64,000 nucleotides of DNA from Candidatus Sericytochromatia bacterium (GCA_036676985.1 JAKFBU010000061.1:1-64000); one strand, 5' to 3'. Positions 22,832 to 32,845 are shown, counted from the stretch's first letter. A program made the numbers and translations. The notes: generated by a model not told the origin, from the letters alone.

Positions 22832-25780
22832 CTAGAAGCCCTGGAACCCGAGTTGCCCGCCGATCTGGCCCGCCGGATCGTTCAGGCCGCCGAAGCTCTT
22901 GTTGGAGAGGTTCACGAGGTTGGTCGGGAACGCCACCATCGCGAGGTTCAGCGTGTAGGCCTCGAGTCGCTTGTTGTACTGCACCGACAGGATGAAGTCG
23001 TGCAGGTCCTTGTTGATGCCGAGCGTCAGCAGCTCGTAGCGCTTCGCCGTGACGTCGTACTGGCCTTCGGCGACCAACGCCCAGTGCGATTGCCAGGTGG
23101 TTCCGGTCTCGAGCACGACCTTGTTGGTCAAGGCGCGCCATTCGCCCGAGTCGATGCTCCAGACCAGGGACGTGTCGAAGGACCAGCCCGGCACCAGGTT
23201 GTCCTGGCCGTAGCGCCCGCCGAACCCCTCGTCGTTGGACTGGAAGTGCAGGGTGCTGCTGATGTCCTGCCACTTACCGGTGCCGAACTCCAGGTAGGGC
23301 ACGTTCTGGTTGAAGGTGTAGCCCGTGTTGAGCGTGACGTTGGCTCGGCGGCTCGGCCGGAAGGTGATACCCGTGCTGTACGGGCTGTAGCGCTGGTTCT
23401 CGTAGTTGTAGCCGAGGCTGTTGTTCCAGGTGAACACCTCCTCGTAGACGGCGTTGGCCGTCCCGTTGAGGGTGTTCTGCTTGGACAGGCTCAAGCTTTC
23501 GAATTGCTTGAACGGTGACGCGTTGGTTCCGTCGAAAATTCCGCCAAATAAGGTAAAGGGTCGGTCTGTAGTCGACGTGGAGCCAGACTGCGGCGGCGTA
23601 TAGTCCCGGTGGTAGGTCAGGTTCGTGTTGACGTACTTGGTGAACTGGTTGGTGAGCTGGGCCTGGCCGGTGAGGCGGTACTCGGCGTCGCCCGTCGAGT
23701 AGAAGCGCTGCTCGTAACCGGTGGAGCCGAAGTTGAGCTGGGCCCCGAGCCCGAGGTCGATGGGCTTCGACGTCAGCTGGCCGACGCCCTTGATGCGGGT
23801 GACGGGCTCCAGGCGCACGGCCGGGTTGGGCGAGGTGAGGCGCGTGGCCGGATCTGTCGAGTAAGCCGACCCTTCCACATAGCGGCCGAAGACGCCCGAG
23901 ACGGTGAAGGGCTGGAACTCCTGCAGGAGTGGGTTGCTGTTGATCGAGAGCTCGGGGATCTTCTCGACGTAGCCGAGGCCGGCGATCGCCGCCCGCCGCT
24001 CCTCCGCCGAGGCCGTCGCCGCGATGGCCAGGTTGAACTGCTGGGTCCAGAGTCCCTTTGCGTTACCCCAGCCCAGGTTCTGCGTCAGGTCGAAGGTCTG
24101 CGTCAGGCGCTCCTGCCGTGGCTGCGACGGGTAGTCGGTCCGGGTGTGGTCGGTGGTCGACGTGCCGCGCAGGTCCGTGGTGAACGTCTGGTTTACGTTG
24201 AGGTTGTTGGTCAGCGTGGTCGTCAGGGATGGCGAGGCCTGCGGCAGGGGAGCAACCCCTGGCGGCAGCGTGATGGCAAGCGGGAGCTGAGCCTGCTCCT
24301 GACGGTTGGAGCGGGCCTGGAAGTTCGTGCCCCCATAGGTCCCCCCCACGTTCCCGGTGTCCTGGATCGAGCGGGTGTGCGAGAAGCCGAACTCCTCGCG
24401 GAAGGTGCGGTTGGCGCCGTAGTTCAGGCCGAACCGGTTGTCGGTCATGCCCGCGTACCACGCCGTGTGGTCATCACGATAGGGCTGACGCGGGTTGGTC
24501 AGCAGGCTCTCCAGAGTGAACTGCGGGCTGATGCGCGCCAGGTCGTACATGTTGCGGTCTTCGTACCAGCCGTCGAGGGTCATCTGGCCGAAGAGACGTT
24601 GCTGGTGCCGCACCCGCCACCAGTGGTCCTGGAAGTAGCCGGGGTTCGCGGGATCCAGGCGGTTCACGATCCAGGGATTAGTACGGGAATCGTAAGCGCC
24701 GTCCGGATCGCCGGGGCCAGGTTGCCCCGGCACGTAGTCCGAGAGGTCCGGCAGGGGCAGCCCGTAGAACAGGAAGGAGGAGATGGAGTTGGGTGAGTTG
24801 TCCCAGACGTGGTCGAAGCCGATGGCGCCCGGCTTCTTGAACTCCAGGGCGCTCAGGTACAGGTTGCCGTAGTTGCGGTCGTTCAGCCGGTAGGCCATGG
24901 AGGTCTTGAGGAACAGACCCTCGACGTTGTTCCGCCCCGCCTGGATCGACGACTCGCGCCGCCGCAGGGGGATGTAGAACCACGGCAGCCAGAACACCGG
25001 GCGGTTGTTGACGAACATCGTGACATTGTTGCCCGTCGCGTACTCGTCGGGCACGTACTTGATGTAGCCGCTCTGGGCGTGGTAGTGCGGCGTCTCCTGC
25101 TTGGCGACCCAGTCGCAGGTCGTGAAGGTGCCTTCCTGGATCTCGAACTCGCGCCGGTTGTAGCTCGTGATCTGCTTGCCCGTGATGTAGACGACCTGGC
25201 CGGGCGTCTGGGCGGGCACCTCGAGCTTGCCGCCCTGGATGGTGGCGGTCTCGCTGCGCAGGGCGTAGCTGAGGCCCGTGCCCGTGATGGTCTGGATGCG
25301 GCCGTCGGCGCCCTGCTGGACCAGGGTGAAGGGCGTGTCGGTGGAGACGACCCGCTCGTTCTGGTCGAACTGCAGGCGGTCCGTGGTGATGACGACGCCC
25401 TCGACCTCGAGCCGGACGTTGCCCGTCGCCGTCGAGATGCCCGTGGCCCGGTCCGTCTCGATGCGGTCCGCGCGGAGCTTCACCTTCAGCTGAGCGAAGG
25501 CGGGCGGGGCAAGCAAGAGATGCGTGCAAAAAAAAGCGCCCAGGGCGAGGAGGGCGGTCAGTTTTTGCCAGGGAGGACCCCCCCTAGCCCCCCCTCTAGA
25601 GGGGGGGGAGTCCGCGCTGGGGGAAGCATCCGTGCAAAGCGGACGCTCAACAGCATCAGGGGTTTCGAGAACGACCTCTTTGGGCTGCACAGAAGACTCC
25701 ATGAGCTTCCCCCCCTCTAGAGGGGGGGGCAGGGGGGGTCCTCCGCTAGTTTGCGTTAAGCGGACCGGTCGACGCGCCAT
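22832..25780 (-). CDS. lptD: LptD-like outer-membrane LPS assembly protein (start uncertain)
   Basis: OstA-like N-terminus (ADRI..ATGNV), FTTC..PHY, PVFWLP and a long beta-barrel. Downstream of lptF/G. Confidence 0.8.
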   Translation of the reverse strand: MARRPVRLTQTSGGPPLPPPLEGGKLMESSVQPKEVVLETPDAVERPLCTDASPSADSPPSRGGARGGPPWQKLTALLALGAFFCTHLLLAPPAFAQLKVKLRADRIETDRATGISTATGNVRLEVEGVVITTDRLQFDQNERVVSTDTPFTLVQQGADGRIQTITGTGLSYALRSETATIQGGKLEVPAQTPGQVVYITGKQITSYNRREFEIQEGTFTTCDWVAKQETPHYHAQSGYIKYVPDEYATGNNVTMFVNNRPVFWLPWFYIPLRRRESSIQAGRNNVEGLFLKTSMAYRLNDRNYGNLYLSALEFKKPGAIGFDHVWDNSPNSISSFLFYGLPLPDLSDYVPGQPGPGDPDGAYDSRTNPWIVNRLDPANPGYFQDHWWRVRHQQRLFGQMTLDGWYEDRNMYDLARISPQFTLESLLTNPRQPYRDDHTAWYAGMTDNRFGLNYGANRTFREEFGFSHTRSIQDTGNVGGTYGGTNFQARSNRQEQAQLPLAITLPPGVAPLPQASPSLTTTLTNNLNVNQTFTTDLRGTSTTDHTRTDYPSQPRQERLTQTFDLTQNLGWGNAKGLWTQQFNLAIAATASAEERRAAIAGLGYVEKIPELSINSNPLLQEFQPFTVSGVFGRYVEGSAYSTDPATRLTSPNPAVRLEPVTRIKGVGQLTSKPIDLGLGAQLNFGSTGYEQRFYSTGDAEYRLTGQAQLTNQFTKYVNTNLTYHRDYTPPQSGSTSTTDRPFTLFGGIFDGTNASPFKQFESLSLSKQNTLNGTANAVYEEVFTWNNSLGYNYENQRYSPYSTGITFRPSRRANVTLNTGYTFNQNVPYLEFGTGKWQDISSTLHFQSNDEGFGGRYGQDNLVPGWSFDTSLVWSIDSGEWRALTNKVVLETGTTWQSHWALVAEGQYDVTAKRYELLTLGINKDLHDFILSVQYNKRLEAYTLNLAMVAFPTNLVNLSNKSFGGLNDPAGQIGGQLGFQGF
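25572..25744. repeat. Inverted pair of poly-C/poly-G REP-like palindromes at the lptD 5' end
   Basis: GGAGGACCCCCCCTAGCCCCCCCTCTAGAGGGGGGG ... CCCCCCCTCTAGAGGGGGGGGCAGGGGGGGTCCTCC. Confidence 0.75.
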
Positions 25781-26898
25781 AGCAGGAACACTCCGATGAT
25801 GCCGAAGAGATAGTTCTCGACCCAGGCCGCGGTGACCGGGTCGATCATCCCCGCGTTGCCCATCGAACGTGCGATGGACATGACGATGTAGTAGACGAAG
25901 ACGGTGGCGATGGTGATGGCGACGGCGATGAAGGCGCCGAGCCGCGCGAACCTCAGCCCGATCGGCGCGGCGAAGAGCGTGATGAAGAAGGTCGCGAGCG
26001 GCAGCGAGAACTTGAGGTAGTAGTCCACCTCCAGGCTCTTGGTGTCCACGCCGCCCGACTTCATGGTCTCGATCTGGTGCTTGAGCTGACTGGACGTCTG
26101 CTCCTGGGGACTCAGGTCCCCCTGGGTGAAGAAGGCCTCCGGATCCTGGTCGACGACCACCTCGTAGTTGGAGAAGGGCTGCTCCTGCGCCACGAAGTCC
26201 TCGGAGCCGTACTCATGGATGACGCCGTCGGTGAGCTTCCACTGCGTGCCGCTCCAGGTGCCCTGGCGCGCCGAGATCACGACGGGCTTGGGGCCCGTGC
26301 GATCGAAGATCATGACGCTGTACATGACGTTGGTGCGCTGATCGACCTGCTTGACGTAGAAGTACCGGTTGTCCTTGCCCTTGAAGAAGACGTTGTCCTT
26401 GAAGACCGGCTTGGACTGGCGCAGCATGATGGTCCGCACCAGGTCCACCACGTTGCGGTTCGCCCAGGGCACCACCTGGTCGTTGATGACGAAGTTGCCG
26501 TAGCTGACGATGACCGACCCGATGATGATGGGCACCGTCAGGCGCCTAAACGAGGTTCCGCAGGCCCTGAGCGCCGTGATCTCGAAGTCCCGACTCATGC
26601 GGCCGGTCGTCATGAGCGTCGCGAACAGGAAGGCCACCGGGAAGGTGATGACCATGATCGCGGGCAGGTTGAAGGCCAGCAGTTTGAGCACCACCGACAC
26701 GGCCACGCCCGAGCTCACGATCAGGTTGGCGTAGATGTACAACAAGTTCGCCAGGTTCATGACCACGAACAGGAAGATGCCCGCGAAGAACGGCTTCTGC
26801 AGCTCCACCAGGATGTAGGTGTCGATGATCTTGAGCGGCTTCGGGAGCCGCTCGGTCCAGGCGAAGGCCGCCTTCCAGCTGGGTTTCATCACGGCCAT
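25756..26898 (-). CDS. LptF/LptG permease
   Basis: IDTYI, P.AFLFA.L...GR..RD.EI.ALRACG.S and KFSLPLA motifs. Confidence 0.9.
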   Translation of the reverse strand: MAVMKPSWKAAFAWTERLPKPLKIIDTYILVELQKPFFAGIFLFVVMNLANLLYIYANLIVSSGVAVSVVLKLLAFNLPAIMVITFPVAFLFATLMTTGRMSRDFEITALRACGTSFRRLTVPIIIGSVIVSYGNFVINDQVVPWANRNVVDLVRTIMLRQSKPVFKDNVFFKGKDNRYFYVKQVDQRTNVMYSVMIFDRTGPKPVVISARQGTWSGTQWKLTDGVIHEYGSEDFVAQEQPFSNYEVVVDQDPEAFFTQGDLSPQEQTSSQLKHQIETMKSGGVDTKSLEVDYYLKFSLPLATFFITLFAAPIGLRFARLGAFIAVAITIATVFVYYIVMSIARSMGNAGMIDPVTAAWVENYLFGIIGVFLLWRVDRSA

Positions 26899-26902
26899 GG
26901 CC

Positions 26903-27994
26903 TCACCTGCGATCCACGCGCCACAGGAGCGCGATGCCGATCACGCCGAACAGGATGTTCTGCGTCCACGCCGCCATCAAGGGCGGCACCACGCCCGCGT
27001 TCCCCATGGCCTGGAAGGTCTGCATGATCACGTAGTACAGGAAGACCAGGATGATGGACAGGGCCACGCCGATGTAGGCGCCCATGCGCGAGAAGATCAT
27101 GCCGAGCGGCGCCGCGATGAGCGCCGCGAAGAAGGTCGCGAGCGGCACCGAGTACTTCATGAGCAGGGCGACCTCCTGGCTGTGCGTGTCCACGCCGCTC
27201 TTCTTGAGGCCGTCGATCTGCTTGGAGAGCTCCGATGAATTCTGCTCGGACGGGTTCATGTCGCCGCCGAAGTAGCTCGAGTTGTTCAGCGAGAACTGGA
27301 TGTTGAGGGTGCTGAACTTGATCTCGTGGTCCACGAAGCCCGTCTCGTTGTACTTGTGGACCGCCCCTTCCTCGAGCTGCCAGACTGAGTTGCCGTTGCC
27401 GGAGTTGATCCAGCGGGCGCGCTTGGAGGTGATCACCTGGGGGGGGCCCGCCTGCGTCTGGTCCAGGACGAAGATGTCCCGCATCAGGCCCGTGACGCCG
27501 TCCACGTCCTTGACGTAGAAGTAGCGGTTCTCGGTGCCCTTGAAGAAGATGTTGGGCTTGATGAGCGGCTTGGAGATGCTCGTGGCGAGCTCCTGCTTCA
27601 CGCGCGAGACCTGCTTGTTGCTCCAGGGCACGACCTGCTCGTTGAAGACGAAGTTGCCGATGGAGACGACCACGGCGCCTGCGAGGATGGGCGCGATGAT
27701 CCGCTTGAAGGAGACGCCCGAGCCACGCAAGGCGATGATCTCGAAGTCCTTGGTCATGCGCCCGATGCCGAGCAGGCTGGCGAAAAGGTAGGCGACCGGG
27801 AAGGTGAGCACGACCAGGGACGGCAGCGTGAACAGGAGCAGCTGAACGACCGACCCGACGGGAGCCCCCGCCGAGAAGATGAGGTCGGTGAACTGACTCA
27901 AGGTCACCGATAGCATGATGAGGATGAAGGCGAGGACCCCGAACAGGAAGGGCCGCAACATTTCCCCCATCACGTAGCGATCGAGGATTCTCAT
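26903..27994 (-). CDS. LptF/LptG permease
   Basis: MRILDRYV, EIIALRGSGVS, KYSVPLA and AAW.QN motifs. Confidence 0.9.
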   Translation of the reverse strand: MRILDRYVMGEMLRPFLFGVLAFILIMLSVTLSQFTDLIFSAGAPVGSVVQLLLFTLPSLVVLTFPVAYLFASLLGIGRMTKDFEIIALRGSGVSFKRIIAPILAGAVVVSIGNFVFNEQVVPWSNKQVSRVKQELATSISKPLIKPNIFFKGTENRYFYVKDVDGVTGLMRDIFVLDQTQAGPPQVITSKRARWINSGNGNSVWQLEEGAVHKYNETGFVDHEIKFSTLNIQFSLNNSSYFGGDMNPSEQNSSELSKQIDGLKKSGVDTHSQEVALLMKYSVPLATFFAALIAAPLGMIFSRMGAYIGVALSIILVFLYYVIMQTFQAMGNAGVVPPLMAAWTQNILFGVIGIALLWRVDRR

Positions 27995-28186
27995 GCGAGG
28001 GTCCTTGGTCCGCCGGCCGCTGCGCCGACGCGCGTAGGACGGGTTCGAAACGTGATATGCGTGCTCATTAAGGTGCTCATGTTATCACACATGATAAAAT
28101 CCCTTTGACCGGCGCCCACGGCTTGTGGCCTAGGATCCGGCCATCGTTGGCCCCCAGGAGCGGGCGCCGTGAGGACACGTACTTCC

Positions 28187-29824
28187 ATGACCTTTCCCAG
28201 CAACGGAGCCGAGGCGACCGCCCGATCCCAGCCGGACGCCGCCCCTCGCGCCGCGGCCACGCCCCTCTTGCTACGCCTGCGCGCGGTGCTCGTCGCGGCG
28301 GGTTCGGGGGCCGTGCTGTCCCTCGCGTTTCCCGGCTGGGACGCCGGTTTTCTGGCCTGGTTCGCCATGGTGCCCTTCCTCATGCAGATCATGGTCCCGC
28401 GGCGGACCCGTGAGTACATGACGCTGTCGGCGGCCTTCGGGTTCGGCTTCTTCGGAGGCCTCAACTACTGGCTTCTGGCCATGCACCCGCTCACCTGGCT
28501 GGGGCCCGGCATGACCGAGGTCATGAGCCTCGCCATCGTCTTTCTGGCCTGGTCCCTGATGGCTCTCATCCTGGCCCTGGGCGCCATGGCCGCCATGACG
28601 GGGGCCGGCGTGGTCATGCGCGCGCTCACCCGCCAGGGCCGCCTCGCGGGCTGGATGGCCGTCCTCATCCCCGTGACCTTCTGGGTGGCGATGGAGGTCG
28701 TCCAGGCCAACGGCACCTTCGGCTACTCGTGGGGCATGCTCGCGGCCACCCAGTACAAGACGCTGCCCCTGCTCCAGTCGGTGGCCTTGGTCGGTTCCTT
28801 CCCGCTCGCGGCCCTCGTCGTCGCCGTCAACGCCGGCCTCGCCTGGCTCATCCTGCACCGCAACTGGCGGCCCGTGGGGGGGGCGCTCCTGACCGTCATC
28901 CTCGCCTCCGGCTTCGGCGCGTGGTGGATGAACCGTCCGGTGGCCGGCACGCCCGTGCCCGTCGCGGTGGTGCAGGGCAACGTCTCGCAGACCGAGAAGT
29001 GGCGCCGGGGCAACGAGTACCGGATCATGGACACGTACTTCGACCTGTCGGCGAAGGCCCCCAAGGCCAGGCTCGTCGTCTGGCCCGAGAGCGCGCTGCC
29101 CGTGCTCCTCAACCAGAACCCGGAGCTCGTCGAGCGCTTCACGCGCGAGGCGCGCGCCCGCGGTCAGTACCTCCTCACCGGAGCCTTCAACACCGACGTG
29201 GGCCCCAAGGGCGAGCCGCGCTACTTCAACGCGACCACCGTCTTCGCGCCCTCCGGCCTGCAGCTGGGCTGGGACGCCAAGAAGCACCTGGTCCCCTTCG
29301 GGGAGTACCTGCCCGGGCGCGACACCCTGCCCGCCATCTGGGGCCAGACGTTCAGCCAGCTGAATTTGCTTTCCGTGGACGTGACGCCGGGCGATCGCCC
29401 CAACCCCTTCAAGACGTCCTACGGCTCCTTCGGGGCCAACGTCTGCTTCGACTCCATCTTCCCGAACGTCATGCGCGACACGGCGCGGGCGGGTGCGGAG
29501 GCCTTCGTGCTCGTCACCAACGACGGCTGGTACAAGAAGACGATGGCCATGCAGCAGCACCTCGCCCACGGCGTGCTGCGCGCCGTCGAGAACCGTCGCC
29601 CGTTCCTCCAGGCGGCGAACACGGGGGCCTCGGGCGTCGTCGATCACACGGGACGGATCGTCGCGCTGGCTCCGACCTGGGAGCCTGCGATCGCCGAGGC
29701 CGCCGTCATCCCCGTCGCCGAGCAGACGCCCTACACCCGCTTCGGGGACTGGCTCGCGTATCTGCTGATGGTCGGCGCCCTCGCCTTCGCGGCGATGGCC
29801 TATCGAGGACGCAAGGTTGCTTAA
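28187..29824 (+). CDS. lnt: Apolipoprotein N-acyltransferase
   Basis: VQGN, VWPESA, K.HLVPFGEYLP, VCFDS, TNDGW and RAVEN motifs. Confidence 0.95.
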   Translation: MTFPSNGAEATARSQPDAAPRAAATPLLLRLRAVLVAAGSGAVLSLAFPGWDAGFLAWFAMVPFLMQIMVPRRTREYMTLSAAFGFGFFGGLNYWLLAMHPLTWLGPGMTEVMSLAIVFLAWSLMALILALGAMAAMTGAGVVMRALTRQGRLAGWMAVLIPVTFWVAMEVVQANGTFGYSWGMLAATQYKTLPLLQSVALVGSFPLAALVVAVNAGLAWLILHRNWRPVGGALLTVILASGFGAWWMNRPVAGTPVPVAVVQGNVSQTEKWRRGNEYRIMDTYFDLSAKAPKARLVVWPESALPVLLNQNPELVERFTREARARGQYLLTGAFNTDVGPKGEPRYFNATTVFAPSGLQLGWDAKKHLVPFGEYLPGRDTLPAIWGQTFSQLNLLSVDVTPGDRPNPFKTSYGSFGANVCFDSIFPNVMRDTARAGAEAFVLVTNDGWYKKTMAMQQHLAHGVLRAVENRRPFLQAANTGASGVVDHTGRIVALAPTWEPAIAEAAVIPVAEQTPYTRFGDWLAYLLMVGALAFAAMAYRGRKVA

Positions 29825-30452
29825 AGCCGTACTGGCGAACCTGAAAAAGACCTGGCCCGTCTACATCGTGCTGTTCCTGGTGGTCGGCTTCGGCACCTGG
29901 TACCTGCGACGCATGCCGGAGGTCAAGAACTCGGTGCTGCCCCAGACCATGGTCAAGATGGAGCCGCACATCGAGCTGCAGTTCCAGGAAGTGACCATGC
30001 AGGGCCGCGAGAAGGGCACCGTGCGGTGGCGCATCTCGGCCCAGCAGGTCTCGGCCAGCCAGAACCAGCAGTACATCTACTTCGAGAAGGAGCCGAAGGG
30101 CACCTTCTACAACCTCAAGAACTGGGACGCCAAGGAAGGGGAGCCCAGCCAGAACAAGTCCCTCAACTGGACGGCCAACCGGGCCGAGTACGACAGCCTC
30201 ATGGAGGAAATGACGATCACGGGCTCGGCGAGCTTCGTCACTGAAGACCAGGACACCATCAAGACCGAGGAGGTCCGGTACAAGGCCAAGCTCCACCAGG
30301 TCGTCATGCCCAAGCCCATCGAGCTCAGGACCAAGGATCAGCTCGTCCTGCGCTCCCAGGAGGCCTCGGCCGACACGGAAATGGAGTCGGTCCAGCTGAA
30401 AGGGAACGTGGAGCTGATTTCGCCCCTCAAGGATCAGGAGAAGCCACTGTGA
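29817..30452 (+). CDS. lptC: LptC-like LPS export protein
   Basis: N-terminal TM segment, WRISA, beta-jellyroll pattern ending L.GNV, and genomic context. Confidence 0.75.
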   Translation: MLKAVLANLKKTWPVYIVLFLVVGFGTWYLRRMPEVKNSVLPQTMVKMEPHIELQFQEVTMQGREKGTVRWRISAQQVSASQNQQYIYFEKEPKGTFYNLKNWDAKEGEPSQNKSLNWTANRAEYDSLMEEMTITGSASFVTEDQDTIKTEEVRYKAKLHQVVMPKPIELRTKDQLVLRSQEASADTEMESVQLKGNVELISPLKDQEKPL

Positions 30453-31570
30453 TGATGCGCCGGAAACCATGGGTGACGGCGGTGCTGGCGGTCGGACTGG
30501 CCCTCAGCGTGACCCCCGCCTGGGCCGCCAAGCCCATCCCCAAGCCGGATCTTCCGCCGGCGCCGAGCGTGCCCGTCCCGGTGCCTCCGGCGGGCGGCTT
30601 CGGAGCCTTCGGCGCCAAGCCGTCGCCCAAGCCCGGCCTGCCCGCGCAGAAGCCGGGGCCGGTGGCCGGGGCCGTGCGCATCCTGGCGCAGACCCTGACC
30701 TACGATCGCAAGGCGTCGCTCGCGGTCCTGCAGGGCGCGGTCAAGATCTTCCAGGAGGACACCACCATCGAGACCGAGCTGGTCCGCCACGACTCCAAGC
30801 TCAAGGTCTCGTACATCGAGGTGCCCTTCACGCTGGTCCAGACCAAGCCGCCCGACCCCAAGACCACCCTCAAGGGCAAGAAGATGACGTTCTTCCACAA
30901 CGAGAAGCGCGTCTTCGTGGACGGGGACGTGTGGCTGCTGCGCGCGGGCGTGCCCGGGGCGCAGCCCGTGGACACCTCCAAGAAGGAGAAGCTCAAGACC
31001 GCCCTCAAGCGCGAGGACACCTTCATCCAGTCCAACCAGATGATGTACTGGACGGACAAGAAGGATGCCGAGTTCACCGGAACGGTGCTCGCCTACCAGA
31101 AGGAGAAGCGGGCCGAGGGCGATCATGCCGTTCTCAACAACGCCACCAAGAAGATCGTCATGGACGGCAACGTCGTCTTGACCCAGATCAAGGGCGACTG
31201 GCTGGTGCGCGAGGGCATCGTCGACGACCGCAAGCCGGATCCCGAGCGGGACAAGGCCATCAAGGAGAAGACGGTGGCCACGGGCGATCGCCTGGAGATC
31301 GACCAGGTCACCAACGACTCGGTGCTCACGGGCAAGCTGGTCAAGATCGACCAGAAGGACCGGCATGCCACGGGCAAGCGGGCGGTCTTCAGCGACAAGG
31401 ACCAGACCATCACGCTGACCGAGGACGTGAAGATCCAGCGCGAGTCGGGGGACTGGATCACGGCCGACCGGGCGGTCTTCCACGTCGACACCGACAAGTT
31501 CGAGGCCTTCGGCGGCAAGGGTCAGCAGGTCGAGACCGAGTTCCTGCTCGAGGACGAGAAGAAGAAGTAA
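30449..31570 (+). CDS. lptA: LptA/OstA-like periplasmic protein with multiple jellyroll repeats
   Basis: Signal peptide and repeated A..L.Y....A.L.G.V.I.Q motifs. Confidence 0.75.
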   Translation: MMMRRKPWVTAVLAVGLALSVTPAWAAKPIPKPDLPPAPSVPVPVPPAGGFGAFGAKPSPKPGLPAQKPGPVAGAVRILAQTLTYDRKASLAVLQGAVKIFQEDTTIETELVRHDSKLKVSYIEVPFTLVQTKPPDPKTTLKGKKMTFFHNEKRVFVDGDVWLLRAGVPGAQPVDTSKKEKLKTALKREDTFIQSNQMMYWTDKKDAEFTGTVLAYQKEKRAEGDHAVLNNATKKIVMDGNVVLTQIKGDWLVREGIVDDRKPDPERDKAIKEKTVATGDRLEIDQVTNDSVLTGKLVKIDQKDRHATGKRAVFSDKDQTITLTEDVKIQRESGDWITADRAVFHVDTDKFEAFGGKGQQVETEFLLEDEKKK

Positions 31571-31590
31571 GGCTTTCAGGGCTTGCGTCA

Positions 31591-31752
31591 CGAGTCCCGA
31601 CCGTGGACCCCCGCTTGCGCGAGGGTGACGGGAGCGCCTGGTCACGTCGCAAGGGCAAGCCCCGCTCAGCCGTATCGTGAGAAAGCCCCAGTCAGCGGCA
31701 AGCTGGCCCTCCCGTCACCCTCGCGCAAGCGGGGGTCCAGGATCGGGACTCG
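31591..31752. repeat. REP doublet (family TGGACCCCCGC-n4-GCGAGGGTGACGGGAGCG), copy 1
   Basis: Inverted pair homologous to 39872-39982 and 50631-50741. Confidence 0.85.
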
Positions 31753-31805
31753 CCTGATAGTACCGTTCAGCGCCGATTCGGCGCTCCCAGCCAAGACGAG
31801 TGCAC

Positions 31806-31848
31806 AAAACGAACAGCCCCCCGGCACTGCCGGGGGGCTGTTCGTTTT
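31806..31848. terminator. Bidirectional terminator
   Basis: AAAACGAACAGCCCCCCGGC / GCCGGGGGGCTGTTCGTTTT. Confidence 0.85.
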
Positions 31849-31855
31849 TAACGCG

Positions 31856-32818
31856 TTACTGCTGGTACTTCAGCGTCAAGAGGACGATCAGGTCCTCGCC
31901 CGTGGCGCGGTCCTTGACCACGTCCTGGGCGCCGGTGTCCGTGTAGAGCTTGACCTGGATCTTCAACTCCCGCGCGTTGCGCAGGGTCGTGATGAAGCTC
32001 TCGTTGACGTTGGAGATGGGCACGTCGATCTGGGCGAGCTGGCCCGACGAGGTGTTGGTGCCGGGCAGCACCGTGACCGGGGCGGGCAGCGTGCGGGGGA
32101 TGTCGTTGTTGGTGCCGATCTCGCCCGAGCCGAGGGCCACGCCGTTCGAGTTCTGGTACACCACGCGCGAGGACTTGATGGTCACGCCCTGGCCGCCCGG
32201 GGGCGCCTTGACGAAGATCGAGACCTTGCTGTGGTCGTACTGAATGGTGGCCGACGCGCTCGCCGCGGTGACGATGTTGTCGGCGATGTTGGTGCTGACG
32301 AACGAGATGAGCTTGGAGTCGGCCGCCACCGGCTCGTCGATGGCGATCTTCACCTCGTTGTTCTGCGACGGAGCGATGAAGGTGATGCCCTGCTTGCCGG
32401 CCTCCTTGCTCACGTCGAAGGTCCCCGCGTTGACGTAGACCTGGACCGCCGGAGACGTCTGGCCGTCGAACTCCGCCACCACGTAGTTGATGTTGTTGCC
32501 CGCCACCTTGGTGAGCACGAACTCGCCCTTGGAGAGGGCCATGGTGTGCTTGGTCCGGTCGGCCTCGGAGGCGGTGGAATCGTAGAGGTCGTCGCGGACG
32601 CTGCCGCCGTCATCGGCCGTGAAGTAGACGGCCGCGCCGTTGGACACCTTGGCGCCCACGAGCGGGTTGCCGTTGCGATCGACGACCTTGCCCTTGATGG
32701 CGCCCGTCTTGAGGGGCGGGCGGTAGTCGGCGCCGACGATGCCGATCATCTGGTTGAAGGTATCGCAGCCGGTCAGGGCCAAGGCGAGCGCCGCGATGAG
32801 ACACGCTATCCGTTTCAT
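31856..32818 (-). CDS. Lipoprotein with a carboxypeptidase-regulatory-like N-terminal domain
   Basis: Lipobox LTGC and GAIKGKVVD..GNPL.GAKV. Confidence 0.75.
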   Translation of the reverse strand: MKRIACLIAALALALTGCDTFNQMIGIVGADYRPPLKTGAIKGKVVDRNGNPLVGAKVSNGAAVYFTADDGGSVRDDLYDSTASEADRTKHTMALSKGEFVLTKVAGNNINYVVAEFDGQTSPAVQVYVNAGTFDVSKEAGKQGITFIAPSQNNEVKIAIDEPVAADSKLISFVSTNIADNIVTAASASATIQYDHSKVSIFVKAPPGGQGVTIKSSRVVYQNSNGVALGSGEIGTNNDIPRTLPAPVTVLPGTNTSSGQLAQIDVPISNVNESFITTLRNARELKIQVKLYTDTGAQDVVKDRATGEDLIVLLTLKYQQ

Positions 32819-32845
32819 AAGGGCTCGGTTTCCTCCCCGTACGGG

